A stretch of DNA of 64,000 bases from Octopus vulgaris. Its lineage: Eukaryota. The notes beneath the pieces were generated by a model, which saw nothing but the letters and a program-made list of their open reading frames with translations, made no database searches and was not told the DNA's origin. This document shows, piece after piece, positions 50,049 through 63,847 of the stretch (position 1 is its first letter; each line of letters begins with the position of its first letter). The position numbers and the translations under genes were made by a program. Location: positions 96,844,001-96,908,000 of the forward strand of contig OX597814.1 of the NCBI GenBank assembly GCA_951406725.2, in the 5' to 3' direction.

Positions 50049-50621
50049 ATGGTATCAAATGATATTGATATACGCACTGTCGAGAAATTTGTTCGAGATT
50101 TAAGTTATGAAATATCTCAAAGGGAATATTATCGCCATGTCCTGCAGAGACGATATCAAAAGGAGCATCTTCTGAGAAAATTTTACCAAGATCTTTTGCT
50201 TCAAAGACAACTAAGAGAACATTTAAAAGGAACTTATTATCATGAGCATTATCAAAAGCAACGTCTTCATGAACAAAATCTACGGAAATATTATCAAGAA
50301 CACTTGAGGAGAAGCCAATTCCAGCTGCTTTTGCTAAAGAAACTGAATCAAAATGTTTTTGATTCATGTCTATACAAAGAATATTTGCAAAGAGAACAAT
50401 TGCAATTACTGCTTTTGAAGCAAGAACAAAATCTATCAAAACAACTAAAGAACCAAAAAGAGTGTACCTTTATAAATTTTCAAAAGTACAATTCCTGTGA
50501 TGAACTTTTCCTTGTAAAAGAATACCAACATATCTTTCAGGAAAAATTATACAAGCATATATTACAGACAAAGCTATATCAAAATATGTCCATAAAAAAT
50601 TCATTTAATCACAATGATTAA
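50049..50621 (+). CDS. orphan 190-aa Q/L/Y/H/K/R-rich repetitive, probably helical protein (hypothetical)
   Basis: One of the longest non-transposon, non-microsatellite ORFs in the window; acaATGG start context, upstream cacAG at 50017-50018, internal repeats, AATAAA at ~50700. No homology recognised. Confidence 0.45.
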   Translation: MVSNDIDIRTVEKFVRDLSYEISQREYYRHVLQRRYQKEHLLRKFYQDLLLQRQLREHLKGTYYHEHYQKQRLHEQNLRKYYQEHLRRSQFQLLLLKKLNQNVFDSCLYKEYLQREQLQLLLLKQEQNLSKQLKNQKECTFINFQKYNSCDELFLVKEYQHIFQEKLYKHILQTKLYQNMSIKNSFNHND

Positions 50622-51584
50622 GAGAGTCAGAATTTCATCCAAAATTACTTGATTTTCCAAAAGTTCCTTCTTAGAACTATAATAACTAATATCCACCAAA
50701 ATAAATGTTTGGAATGCATTATGGAAAATGTTTTGAACTTGAAATAGGAACATAGTCGAAGTTAAACATTTTAGAAGAACTTACTTCCTGGCTGGTAATT
50801 CTTTTAGAATCTAACACTGTTGTAATAGATTTAGAGACAAACTTTTCCTTTTGTGTAACCTCTGTAATCAAACAAACTAACAAATTCTTTCTGCAAGGTA
50901 GCTACAATTTCTTTTTTTGACAAGCACAAATGATATCTCAGTCACTTAAAATACTCAATAATGGATTATTAATATTTCTAATGCACAAACAACTTCATAC
51001 CCAATATACTTAATTATATTTGTTAACACTCTATTAACATGTTTTCTTTGTTGCTTTTGTTGTTGGATATTACTTACATACGTGCACTTTTATGTTAACA
51101 TATTCTATTTCTAGACAATTTCATTCCCATTTGACTAACATGTTCCCAAAATATGCACATTCAAATAATTTATGCAGTACTAAAATTTTACATTCAAAAA
51201 TATTTTGCCTTAATGTACACAGGCACACCCACCTACATGCAACACACATACACTCACTCACACACATGCAAACAGACATTCTATGTTGCCAGCATATAAA
51301 AAGGCTTTTCACTGTTATTGAATGTATCAAAACGTTGCCTTGTATCTAATGCAACTATATCTCTATTATGATAGGAGGCCAGTATTGTAGTCTAGGGAAC
51401 TAGATAAGCATAAGTCCACTAGGTACAATAATTGTTACTAATAATAAAATATTGAAAACAAGCCAAATTATCACAGTCTGTCAGCACAAACTTATGCAAA
51501 GATGTTAACACTACATCTGTACTTAGGTTGTGGAGGTGACATCATCTCATTCTACTTCCTTCCCCAGCATATTTATCCTATACC

Positions 51585-51868
51585 TCTCTTTACTTGTTTC
51601 AGTCATTTGACTGGTCATGCTGGAGCACTGCCTTTTAGTCGAGCTAATCATTCCCAAGACTTATTCTTTGTAAGCCTAGTACTTATTCTATCAGTCTCTT
51701 TCACTGAACTACTAAGTTATGGGGACGTAAACACACCAGCATCGGTTGTCAAGCGATGTTGGGGGTGACAAACACAGACGCACAAACATATACACACACA
51801 TATATATGCTGGGCTTCTTTCAGTTTCCGTCTACCAAATCCACTCACAAGGCTATAGTAAAAGACACT
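51585..51868 (-). mobile_element. family B SINE, 5'-truncated
   Basis: Reverse complement of the family B tail and body. Confidence 0.85.
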
Positions 51869-51906
<38 letters not shown>

Positions 51907-51974
51907 CAGATAAATTCTTCTATTTACATAATATCGAGGTATCTTTCATTCTTTTGTTGTCTTACCATTTTTAT

Positions 51975-52026
<52 letters not shown>

Positions 52027-53900
52027 CTTACATTATTTAATGAATACATTACCTTTAAGAAACATTTTTTAATTATCTAAATGAAAATTCTCCCAGAAAC
52101 TTGAAAGGTATATTAAACTTCCATCTGCCTGTCAGCTAATTGCAATGAGTAGATGACAGCAAAACCATACTAGCAATCAGTATAGATACAATTTCCTCTG
52201 TATTTCATGAAACTTGTTACATTTTGTTTGTTTGTTTTTTTTTCCACAAAATCTACTTGTAAAATAGGGGTGCATCTTATAGGCTGGCAAATATAGTAGT
52301 TATAAAACTTATACAAATATAAATCAATTAGTAGTGTTAAAACTATCTATATGAAAAATTATTTTTTATATTTTGTGATTTATAACTTAAAGATAAAATC
52401 TAGAATTACAATATTATATATGTATACATATATGCATATCGTATATATATGTATGTAATAGTATTAAAACTTATGATTTCATTCAAATCTATGAAGCCTG
52501 TCATTTGAAATGATGGCATGATATGTATGGCTTTTCTAAGAATAGACCAACATAAGTAAAATTAATCCAATTAGAAACATCTAAAATATGTATAGGTATG
52601 GTAATTTTTTTTTTACTTATCTATGATTTCTTTTAATCTCTCTCTCTCTCTCTCTCTTCTCCTCTTCCATAAATACATATATAATTTATCTGTAAATCAT
52701 ATGCCTATGAATGCATATATAATACATCTATATATTTCTGTAACTACAGTACTATGACGTTAGATGTATGTGAATGAATCTCTTAAACAAATTTGAATTA
52801 ACATATGTTTAATATTAAACATACATTTAGAATGTTGATTAACTGTACACATGAATGTGTGTGTATGTAGATATATAGATATATATATGACTAGATAGAA
52901 AACCAGGCAGTCAGACATAGACAGATGTGTGTGTCTTTATATCTACAAGTGTGTGCATTAAATATACACATTATTATATTCAGATGTATCTATTAGTCTG
53001 TGCATATCCTTCATTTGTGGTGTCTTCATATTTAACTCAAATATTTATTTCTGCTTTATCACATGAAACTTGGCTACAGTAATATGAAAGCCTTGAAGTG
53101 TTACAAGCAGGCATTATTATGCAAGTAAATTCCAAGTTTCAGTTTTTATCTGAGCAGCAGAATAGCAGAGCTACACATATTTTACACACACATACACACA
53201 CGTAAGTGTGTGTGTGTATGTGATTTTTATTTGTATGTATGTGTAAATTCATGTGTATCATCATTATGTCTGCATTCCTATGGTTGGATAAGTCCTCCCC
53301 AACACTTCATTTCACAATTAGTTGCATGCTTTTTAAATCCCTTTCGTGCAGCTTTCATTATTTCTGACAATGACACTATTGGTTTCCCTCTGCCATAATT
53401 ACCTTCCACTTGGATCTCCTGGCACACTTTTACCCATATGTTATCCTCCATACACATTGAATGTCTCTAATAATGCAGTTACCTTTCTTTTTAACTAGTT
53501 TTTTTTTTTTTTTTTCCTGTTCCTCTATATCACATTGCTCTTACACACCAAACATTACACATTGCGTGAAGCATATTTACTTCATCTCTCTTCAACTTTC
53601 TTTTCTGTTCTGTATTTGGATCCCATCTCTCACTACCATGTGACATTGCATTTCATACACAAAGGATATACAATCTACTCTTCACTCAAAACAAAAAAAA
53701 AGACCTTTTTGTCACCATTCTGTATATATATGTGTGTGTGTGTGAATGAGTGTGTGTGTGTATGTGTGTGTGTGCATATGTATATATATATTTACGTACA
53801 TATATATCATCATCATCATCATCCTTTAACATGTGTTTTTCATGCTGGCATGGATTAGACTTGTATGCATATATACATATGTTTGTATGGATGCATGTAT

Positions 53901-53950
<50 letters not shown>

Positions 53951-54715
53951 ATACAGAGAGGAAATTGACAAGTAATCTTCATGCTTAATAAGAGAAATAT
54001 CAGCTGTATCAAACAGAATGTAATCGCATTTAGAAATTTATTCATGAACCCTTACAGATATCAATCTGTTTCACATGAAGCCAAAGCTGATTAACAGTGA
54101 AAAGTAAATTTTATATTACTTGTGTGAAGAGCACAAAAAAACTATGTTAGACACTTCAAATACTCTAATTAGTAATTCAAAAGCTATTTCACACGTAAAT
54201 ATATTAAGTCAGAATGAACACATTTAGTAAAATTCTACCTACAATGGTTGAATATTGATCAATCTACATATAGATTACTGTCAGAAATCATCAGTAATAT
54301 GCCACTCAAGGTGCAAAGATATATATATATATATCAATAACCCAAAATATACTTATATTCAAAATTATGTGTCAGTGCAGTCTTATACATATATAGTTAC
54401 ATTTTAATAAGTTAAAGAAATTGGATCATATATACATATATATTGAATGTCTTGTATGTGTATACATCTGTTTGTGTAAACATACACATATGTGTATATG
54501 CACTTGTACACACACACAAACACATGTTCTTCAGACAGTGATATGCAAGTGTACACCACATACTACTTCCTGTTCTTAAATAAGTTTGCAGTGATTGATC
54601 ATAAATGTGGTCTGCAAATGGCAAATGGAGTGTGAGAACGAATGCGAGGAAATTACAGTAAACTTCTGCACATGCACTTTAGAAAACACCAGAAGCAATA
54701 ATGATCATATATATA

Positions 54716-55028
54716 TATATAAAAGAACTTTTTTGCGTAATAAGATAAAAAAACCAAGGCTGTGTAGATATTAGAGGATTTATAGATAGAAGGTCTTACA
54801 GCTGTTTCTAGGGTATTTATTAATAATATCCCTTCATCTGAGACGGTGTGAGAGGATAGTTATGTCATAGTTAGTTTAGATGTGATAACTATCCTCCCAC
54901 ACCGTCTCCGATGAAGGAATATTATTAATAAATATCCTAGAAACAGCTGTAAGACCTATCTATAAATGCTCTAATATCTACACAGCCTTGGTTTTTTTAA
55001 TCTTTTTATGCAAAAAATTCTTATATAC
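54716..55028. repeat. ~145-bp-arm palindrome, each arm with a minimal type I hammerhead motif
   Basis: Plus strand gtct-CCGATGA-agg..cct-a-GAAACAGCTGTA-agac (54904-54955). Minus-strand copy with CAGATGA at 54793-54844. Confidence 0.85.
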
Positions 55029-55860
55029 ACATGCTGACATAGAACCAACGTTGAACCCTTTATTCGCAATATTACCAAATCTGGAACTTAATTATAGTCT
55101 GTCTATAGCACTTATTCAACATTATCTGACACTTTTGGGTCTCAATGACACCATTATCTCTTATAATCTCAACTTCTCACTATATATATATATATATATA
55201 TATACACACAATTTGGTCAAGTAACACAACACTGGCAGTGTCCTTGCATGAGAGTCATGACAGGTTTTCAGACTGCCAGGTAAAACTGTTTTCTTTCATC
55301 CAAGGAACTAAAATAAATATTCTAATTTTTCTTTCATTTGTTGCTCCTAATATACATATGTATCTAAAATCAAAGTTGTAACATTTCCTGCAGGATTCAA
55401 ACATATATGTATATGTGTGTGTGCATACATGCATGTGTGTGTAAACATATAAAGAAAATTAATTACCATTAACTATCACTAAGAAAAAGAGAACTCTATT
55501 GCTTTGTTGAGTAAACATTCTTTTTATGGAAATTCCAAAGTTCACTCCCTCATAGTGACCAGCAGTTTCATTCTGGGCTGGGAATTCTCAGTCTGACAAT
55601 TCCCAGCTGGAGATTAAAAATAGCATGTCACTGTTAGGTTCTGAAGCTTCCAATAACCACAATATATATAGTATGCAGTTCGTACCTTTTGTATTTACAC
55701 TTCAAGTTGCATCATGATGCACACTTCATAAATTTCTAACTACCAATCCAAGAGCTACTAGCTGCATTCAATACATTATTTTACGCAATAATTTAATGCG
55801 CAATTTAATATTTGCTTATGAGAAACACATACATGTGTCTGTATATGTTTTATACATGTA

Positions 55861-56385
<525 letters not shown>

Positions 56386-56685
56386 AGATACTCTGTCATA
56401 CAAAATATCCAGCTATTCAAAGAATACAGTCTACTCTGCAAATCAACATTTAGTTCTCATTTGCTTAGTGTTGTTCTTTATTTATTTTGTGTGCACACAC
56501 ACACACATGCACATGCAGACACACAAACATGAGATATGGATACATATGTATAGTAATTGTGGGTGACTTGTACCTGCATATACTTGTAAACGAGAAAATT
56601 GTTCTATATAAATTCTAGATATTGGTATCTTTACTTTTTTTTTTCTATTTGTTTGTATTTTCACACACACTTGCACTCCCTTATA

Positions 56686-57399
56686 TCTCATCATCATTAT
56701 CATCATTTAATGTCTGTTTACCATGCTGTCATGGGTTGAACGGTTTGACAGGAGCTGGCATGTCAAAAGACTATGCCAAGTTCTGTCTGCATTGGTATGG
56801 TTTCTACAGCTGGATGCCCTTCCTAATGCTAACCACTTTATATGGTGTACTGAGTAGTTTTTACATGGCACCAGCAATAGTGAGGTCACCAAATAATTTA
56901 CAAAACAAGACCCCCTCAGCTGAGATGGGAAGTAGTATTGCAGAGGGTGGCTTTGTGCCAGATAAGAGGTTAGACTATGAGCAGAGGTACAGAAATATGT
57001 GTCTTGCAGTAAAGGAGATACATGGCTACTTCAGTATTAGAGAGAAAGGAGGAGGAAGAGTGGAGGGAGGGAGGGAGAAAATAGTCTGTGGTGGAGTACA
57101 CTCAAGTTACAAGGAGGTGTATATAAGTGAAGTAAAGGGCCAAAGATTGGATAAGGTGAGTAGGTTATTGTGAAAGGGTATTGGGGACAGTGGGAAGGGA
57201 ATGTAGTGAGTGGACGGAAATAGTGGGAGGGGGTTTTAGGAGGATTTTGTGGGAAAGAGATTCCACAAGGGTGGTTGGGAGATAGAGGGGTGGGGGTACA
57301 CCAGACGGTGGGCGTGGTTGGGGGGAAGGGGGTGCTGAGAGGATGGGATGTGGGGGAGAGGTTTGTCAAGAAAAGATTGTCTGCAAGGTAGGGGAAAAT

Positions 57400-57441
<42 letters not shown>

Positions 57442-57452
57442 ATATCTATATA

Positions 57453-57489
<37 letters not shown>

Positions 57490-57750
57490 TATACAGCCTT
57501 GTCCTTTACAGGTGCTGGTGCCACATGAAATGCACTCGTGCTGGTGCTGTATGATGCATCCATGCCAGTGGCATATAAAAAGCACCCAGCACATTCTGTA
57601 AAGTGGTTGGCATTAGGAAAGGCATCCAACTGTAGAAACCATGCCACAACAGACAATTTGGAGTTTGGACCACTTCCTGGTTGGCCAGCTCTTGTCTAAC
57701 TGTCCAGCTCATGCCAGCATGGAAAATGGACATTAAACAATGATGATAAT
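56686..57750. mobile_element. two oppositely oriented RTE-X-type 3' ends flanking a purine-rich spacer
   Basis: (CAT)n..ggatgcccttcctaatgc at ~56686-56900 (-) and ggttggcattaggaaaggcatcc..(GAT) at ~57495-57750 (+). Confidence 0.65.
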
Positions 57751-58284
57751 ATACTGTGGACATCATAAGAATTTATAAAGTTCGAGAGAAGATGAAGTAA
57801 TGGAGTAATTCTTTTTTGGTGGGAAACAGTGAATCTCAGACTAGACAAAGTTATGAAAAAAAACATGTAAGCATATCATGTTTAGAGATGTAAGTCTGAG
57901 TCCCATGGGTAGCCTTTGACTTTTTCTGTCCAAAAGGGTTTCCAGCCCAATATTTACATGCTATTATTTATAGCTGTATCTGTTTTGGGTTTCACCATTC
58001 CAAAAATGAATTATTTCATCTCTAGAACTTTCTAAATTCTTACGACATCAACAACATGCAGTTCTCGTTGGCAAGAATATAATTTCTAAAATGGATTGAG
58101 AAATTTGAAGGATAGTTTTGGTCTTCACTGGTAGAACACCTTTCATGTTTACAGATGTCGGTTCGAGTTTTATGGGCAGCCCTCAACATTTTCTGTTCAA
58201 AGAGTTTTAAAAGAATTTTTTTTTAATGCACTAGTTAGTTACATGCTATAATTTAGAACTTTATCTGCTTGAAAATTCAGTTTC

Positions 58285-58598
58285 AAAAAAGAATCATACA
58301 CACCGACACACACGTATACATGAACACATATGTATTAGGTTAGAATTGTGTGTGTAGGTAGGTATATATGCAGTGTTATTATGAGAGGCTGGTGAATGTG
58401 GAGAATGCATGTATGTATGTCTGAATTTCTTTTGTAAGAAAAAAAAGAATCATACACATCTACCCACACATATACATGAACACATATGTATTAGGTTAGA
58501 ATTGTGTGTGTGTATGTAGGTATATATGCAGTGTTATTATAAGAGGCTGGTGAATGTGGAGAATGCATTTATGTATGTCTGAATTTCTTTTGTAAGAA
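58285..58598 (+). repeat. tandem duplication of ~156 bp
   Basis: aaaaaagaatcatacaca...ctgaatttcttttgtaagaa occurs twice. Confidence 0.9.
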
Positions 58599-59189
58599 TT
58601 TTGGTTTGTTATCATTTATTGCAAACAATATTGTTAAATTTTGGAAAAGTCATATAATTAAAGCTTATAAAGACACTTGAATGTCTATATTTTTTTTCCC
58701 ATTTACCCCCAAAATTTTTTCCTTCACATTAATCCTTTGGCCACAGGATTGATATGTCGAAAAAGCTTTGTTGAAAATATAAATAAATACAAATGTCCAT
58801 CAATATCTGTATTTATAGGCTTTAATTGATACATCTCTTCCAAAACAGCAGTGTGTGAGTGTATATATGTATGTGCGTTTGTATGTGTATGTGTATACAT
58901 ATATGTATGTGTGTATATATATATGTTTAGATGCTGTTGTTGCCACTGACTGTTATCTGTTAATATAAATATATAGATATATGCATATGTGTATACATAC
59001 ATACAAGCATATTTGTGTTTGTGTGTATATATATATAAGTACATATACAAGATCACTCAATATTAATTATTTAGTGATCCATCAGTTTAATGTTAAACTG
59101 TTGTTATGTATAACTTACTTAAAAACAAACATTATATATATATATATATCTTATTGTCATTGTCATCATCATCATTCAATGCCTATGTT

Positions 59190-59640
59190 CCAAGGTGGAA
59201 GTTGGGAGCATTATCAAATGGCTAGAAGAGCAGCTAGGTGACAGGTATATTTGGCTAAGGGTGAAGCAAAAAAAAAAGAGAGATTTGCACATGTCTTAGA
59301 TTGTGAGGATCAAAGGCATGAAGTGTCCAGAACTGCAAAGCAGTGTTTAAGAGAAAGCCAAATCATCATTGGCAAGAAGTGTGAGAAGCTGGTGAATGTG
59401 GGGAAAACATGGGATAAAAAGGGGCTATGTCATGCTCACCCTACAGAGGGACCAGCAATTCAAATTGATAGTAGCTTGTTAGATAAAGTGATTAAGGACA
59501 TGAGAAGGAGATCTGCAAATCCATCAGGGATAATTGCAGAAATCCTCAAAATATTTGATGAGATAGGATACCTGATCACCTGGATAGTTAATTAAGTAAT
59601 ACAGGAGAGTGTCATATCCAATGATTGATGTAGCAGTATC
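59190..59640 (+). mobile_element. RTE-X LINE pre-RT fragment
   Basis: AKGEAKKKERFAHVL..EGPAIQIDSSLLDKVIKDM..PSGIIAEILK. Confidence 0.75.
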
Positions 59641-60465
59641 ATCATACAATATAGATGTAACAGGCTGGAATTGTCTTTGAGCATAGGTCAAGGAATGATC
59701 AAAATTAGTAGACTGTGTTAAATGTTTGTTTCTAAGTAAATTTTCAATTAGCTTTATAAAAATGGTTGGGTTATTATATATTTTCTGTTCTGGTGTACGT
59801 GATGTGTTTCTAACAAAACATTCTGATATACTTATGTGTGCATGTATGTACTTATCTCTGGGTTTGTGTATTTTTCACTTGTTAGTAATATCTTGTACTT
59901 AATGTGTATTTGTTTTTTGTACTTGTCCTTTACATATCTGTCATGTATTTACATATTTTTCATTTGCTGGTGATGTTCTGTACTTAATGTGTACATTTAA
60001 TTATATGTATGTATGTATGTACCTATGTACGTACATATACATACACACCCACATGTACACCCACACAGATAAGGCAACTCATATCCGTACATGCACATTC
60101 CAATGTATGATTATATACATACCTTGTAGTTCCATAAATATTTGCATAGATATGTGTATATAAAACATAGACATGCACATATATATGCATCCCCATACAC
60201 ATACACTCATAGACACACATATACACATACATATAAACTCATAATATGTGCATGAACTGGTCCATTACTCCTCTTCATACAACCCTTTGTTTTTCTGTGA
60301 AACTCATTTACACTAAACCTAATTTGCATATGTATCATTCCACCCATCCGATGGACATTCCACACAAAACAAAATCCCACTGTACATTAAACTTCAAAAA
60401 CTAAATTAAATCGCACTTTTATGATGGTAAGCTGAGGCTTCAAAGTCACCATCAGCCTTTTTGTT

Positions 60466-60504
60466 ATAAAACAAAAACACACACACTTATATAAAGCTAA
60501 ACAG

Positions 60505-60544
<40 letters not shown>

Positions 60545-60699
60545 ACAAACACACGCACTTATATAAAGCTAAACAGATAATTATATATATATATATATAA
60601 CAAAAACACAAACACACGCACTTATATAAAGCTAAACAGATAATTTTATATATATATATATATAACAAAAACACAAACACATGCTATAAAGCTAAACAG

Positions 60700-60750
<51 letters not shown>
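60466..60750 (+). repeat. minisatellite, 4 units with variable (TA)n
   Basis: ataaagctaaacagataatt plus (TA)n, four times. Confidence 0.9.
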
Positions 60751-60753
<3 letters not shown>

Positions 60754-62293
60754 GTATGTGTGTATGTATGTATGTATGTATATACATGTGTGTATGTTTG
60801 TATGTGTTTATTTAAGACATTGACAACTATCTTTTATTAGGCAGATTAAAATGTTTGCTATGAAAAGCATTTAATGTGTTAATCTCCACAAACTGTAAAA
60901 TCCACAATCTGGTTTTACTCTCTGGTTTGATTGACTTTACTTGCTACCATAGTTCTCTTACAATAGTCAATTTTACTCCACCTGTTAATGTTTTCCCTTC
61001 CCTCATGACTCATAGCCATATGCTTTCATACCTGATTAAGATATACTCTTAATCATCAGCATCATCACCAACACCTTTCCAGCTGCTTCTGTTACTCCTG
61101 CTGCTTTATGTACTTTACAAATTGTCAAGGATGTCTGACAGATTAACAGATAACCAAATGTTCAGAAACTTTCTAGAGTAGTCAGAGCTTCTATCAGCTG
61201 AAGTCTTTCAATTGCTAAAACATCTCATTAAATAGTTCACACTTTTTTGTTATCTCTGTGACCAAACTAGTGTTGGGAGATTGTCCTACTGAGAGCATGG
61301 CTGGTAGAAGAAGAAAGCTATAGCAAGTAGCATTTCATTTGAAACAGTACACTATGGCAGTGAAATGGGTTTTGAACATTGAATATGGAATATCTGGAGT
61401 GACTGGAAGAAAAAATTAAGTAAAAGTGTGCCCATTCATTATATAACGCTAACTAGAATGAATGACAGAACACTAGGATGTAGAATAAGTAGCTGAGTAT
61501 TAAAAGCATTAACTGAGCTGGGTGTGTGTGTGTGTATCTATCTTCTGCCACATCATACCTATTCCTGCTCCTCTATTATACTTCAGCCTCACAACAATTG
61601 GCATAAACTCCCATTCTGCAACACCCTTTCTCAGATGAGAATGTTCTTTAGTTTTGTGAGTTACATGGTAATCAATCTCATTAGTGCTAGTGCCACAAAT
61701 AAAGCACTCAGTACACTCTATAAGGTGGTTGGTGTTAGGAAGGGCATTCATCTATAGAAACCATGTCAAAACTGACTGCATCTGTCACATCCTCATCCCC
61801 CAACCTTCTCACAATTATCCCAAGCCTACACACCGTTATTCCACACTACAACACATACCTGCACACCTCCACACAAACAAGAAACTTTATGCACCCCTAC
61901 CTCACACACACAAACACACACACACTTCTCCCTATACCCATTTCTGTACCTTGATACCTTCCTATACATGCACATTCCATCCTGACCCCATACCCTTTTT
62001 TGTTGTTGTTTTTCTTATTCTTTTATTTTTTTCTGATGAGGAGCTAGTGCCCAAAATATCAGGACACTTTTCCTTCTTTTTAAGTATTAAACTAATACAA
62101 CATTTGTTAAGGCTTATCCCTCCTGTGTTGGCTTCTTTTTGAACTTTCTGTCTAATGTGTGTGTGTATGACGAAATTGAGATAGACTACAACATAATCAA
62201 GACTAACTATAACAATTTTGAGCCCTGATGATGACAAATTTGAAGGTTAACCCTGTATTTATATATAATTGTGTATGTACATATACATCATTG

Positions 62294-62368
<75 letters not shown>

Positions 62369-62427
62369 TCATATATATACACAAACTACATATATATGCA
62401 TATATATACACATACACATATGTATGC

Positions 62428-62467
<40 letters not shown>

Positions 62468-63847
62468 ATGTATGCATATATGTAATTAACTTTATGTTTG
62501 TGTTTGTGTATACATCATCATCATTGTTTAATGTCCACTTTTCCATGCTTACATGGATTAGAGAAAACTTATTAGATATAACTTGGACATGCTTTCACAG
62601 AGGATTACAAGCAACTCACAAATTATGTTGGTGACTTGTGCACAGATGCCATGACAAGAGGAACAGAGACACTTATATATTTATATATCATATTATATAT
62701 ATTATATATACATTATATATATATATATATATATATACTTTATATAATTAGGGTTCAGCAAAAAAAATTTACTTATATATATATATATTGTATTATATTG
62801 TATTATATATATATATGTTATATATTAAGGTATGTAGAAAAATACAACATGGACAAGAACGTATAACTCTTAGAAGACGATACAATAAACACGGACAGGA
62901 CATTCAAAACCCTCAGTCTTCAGCCAAGAACCGGATCATCGTAGTAATTTCGGCTATATTATGTTATATAAATTATATATTGATATATTATATATATTAT
63001 ATATTTTATAGTAAATATATATATGCATGCAAACACACGTGTGCATGCACACACACAATAGGCTTCTTTCTAGTTACCGTTTATCAAATTTTACTCACAA
63101 CACAGACACACAAATGTATTTACGGAATATTAAGTTTTAAAGCTTATTGATTCATAGGATTAAGCATATCCACAGTTTGTCTTTGAACTCATAGAGAAGT
63201 AGATTTGGAATTATTTTGGTAAAAACAAAAGAAGTAAGATACAAAAAAAACCCCCATGACTATGAAACTTTACTAATATGTTTATATTATATGAAAAGAA
63301 GCAGTGCTTACAATATTCCTACTTTTTAAATATAACATTCATTTATACATGAAATAAGACTCAGGTGTACATCAGTAAACTTGCTCTGCCACATGTTCAT
63401 TCATAAAATGCAATATACTTATGTGTATAAATATATGCTTATTCTGTCTACACTCTTGCTTTTGTGTTTGTCTATATGTTTGTGCATAGGAACATTCACT
63501 ATGTGTGTCTGTCTGTCTGTTTCTGTGTTTTATCTGGGTTTGTGCATGGATATTTGCTATTAGAAATGTGTGAGTGTTTCCCATATATGTGTACTGGTCT
63601 GTTTTTATATGTATATCTCCATGTCTGTGTGCACACACTTTACCTTTTATTGTCTCTCTTTTATGTATGGGCAGGAATTATTTTTTATCGATTTTAAAAT
63701 TAAGATTTTTTTTTTTGTTTTGTTTTAAGGCTTTCGAAGCCAAGAAATAATTTTAGGCAAAAGAGCTTCTATTTAAGAGTAGAGTAGATGAAACACTAAT
63801 TAAAATTGTGGTATACACAAACACACTTTTAATATATGTATATATTA

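Noticed and set aside
50026-50439. 137-aa antisense ORF
   Set aside because: It starts at a non-ATG codon and is most simply a shadow of the repetitive + strand ORF.
56622-57594. 183-aa and 185-aa ORFs
   Set aside because: They are built from RTE 3'UTR pieces, a purine-rich low-complexity tract and microsatellite; no protein-like signature.
62880-62960. CTGAAGA/GAAA hammerhead-like words on the minus strand
   Set aside because: The required stems could not be assembled in a valid topology.
62228-63150. Multiple 70-120-aa ORFs rich in YI/HT/CV (also 53.5-54.0, 56.3, 57.3, 58.7 kb)
   Set aside because: They are translations of (TA)n, (CA)n and (TG)n microsatellites.
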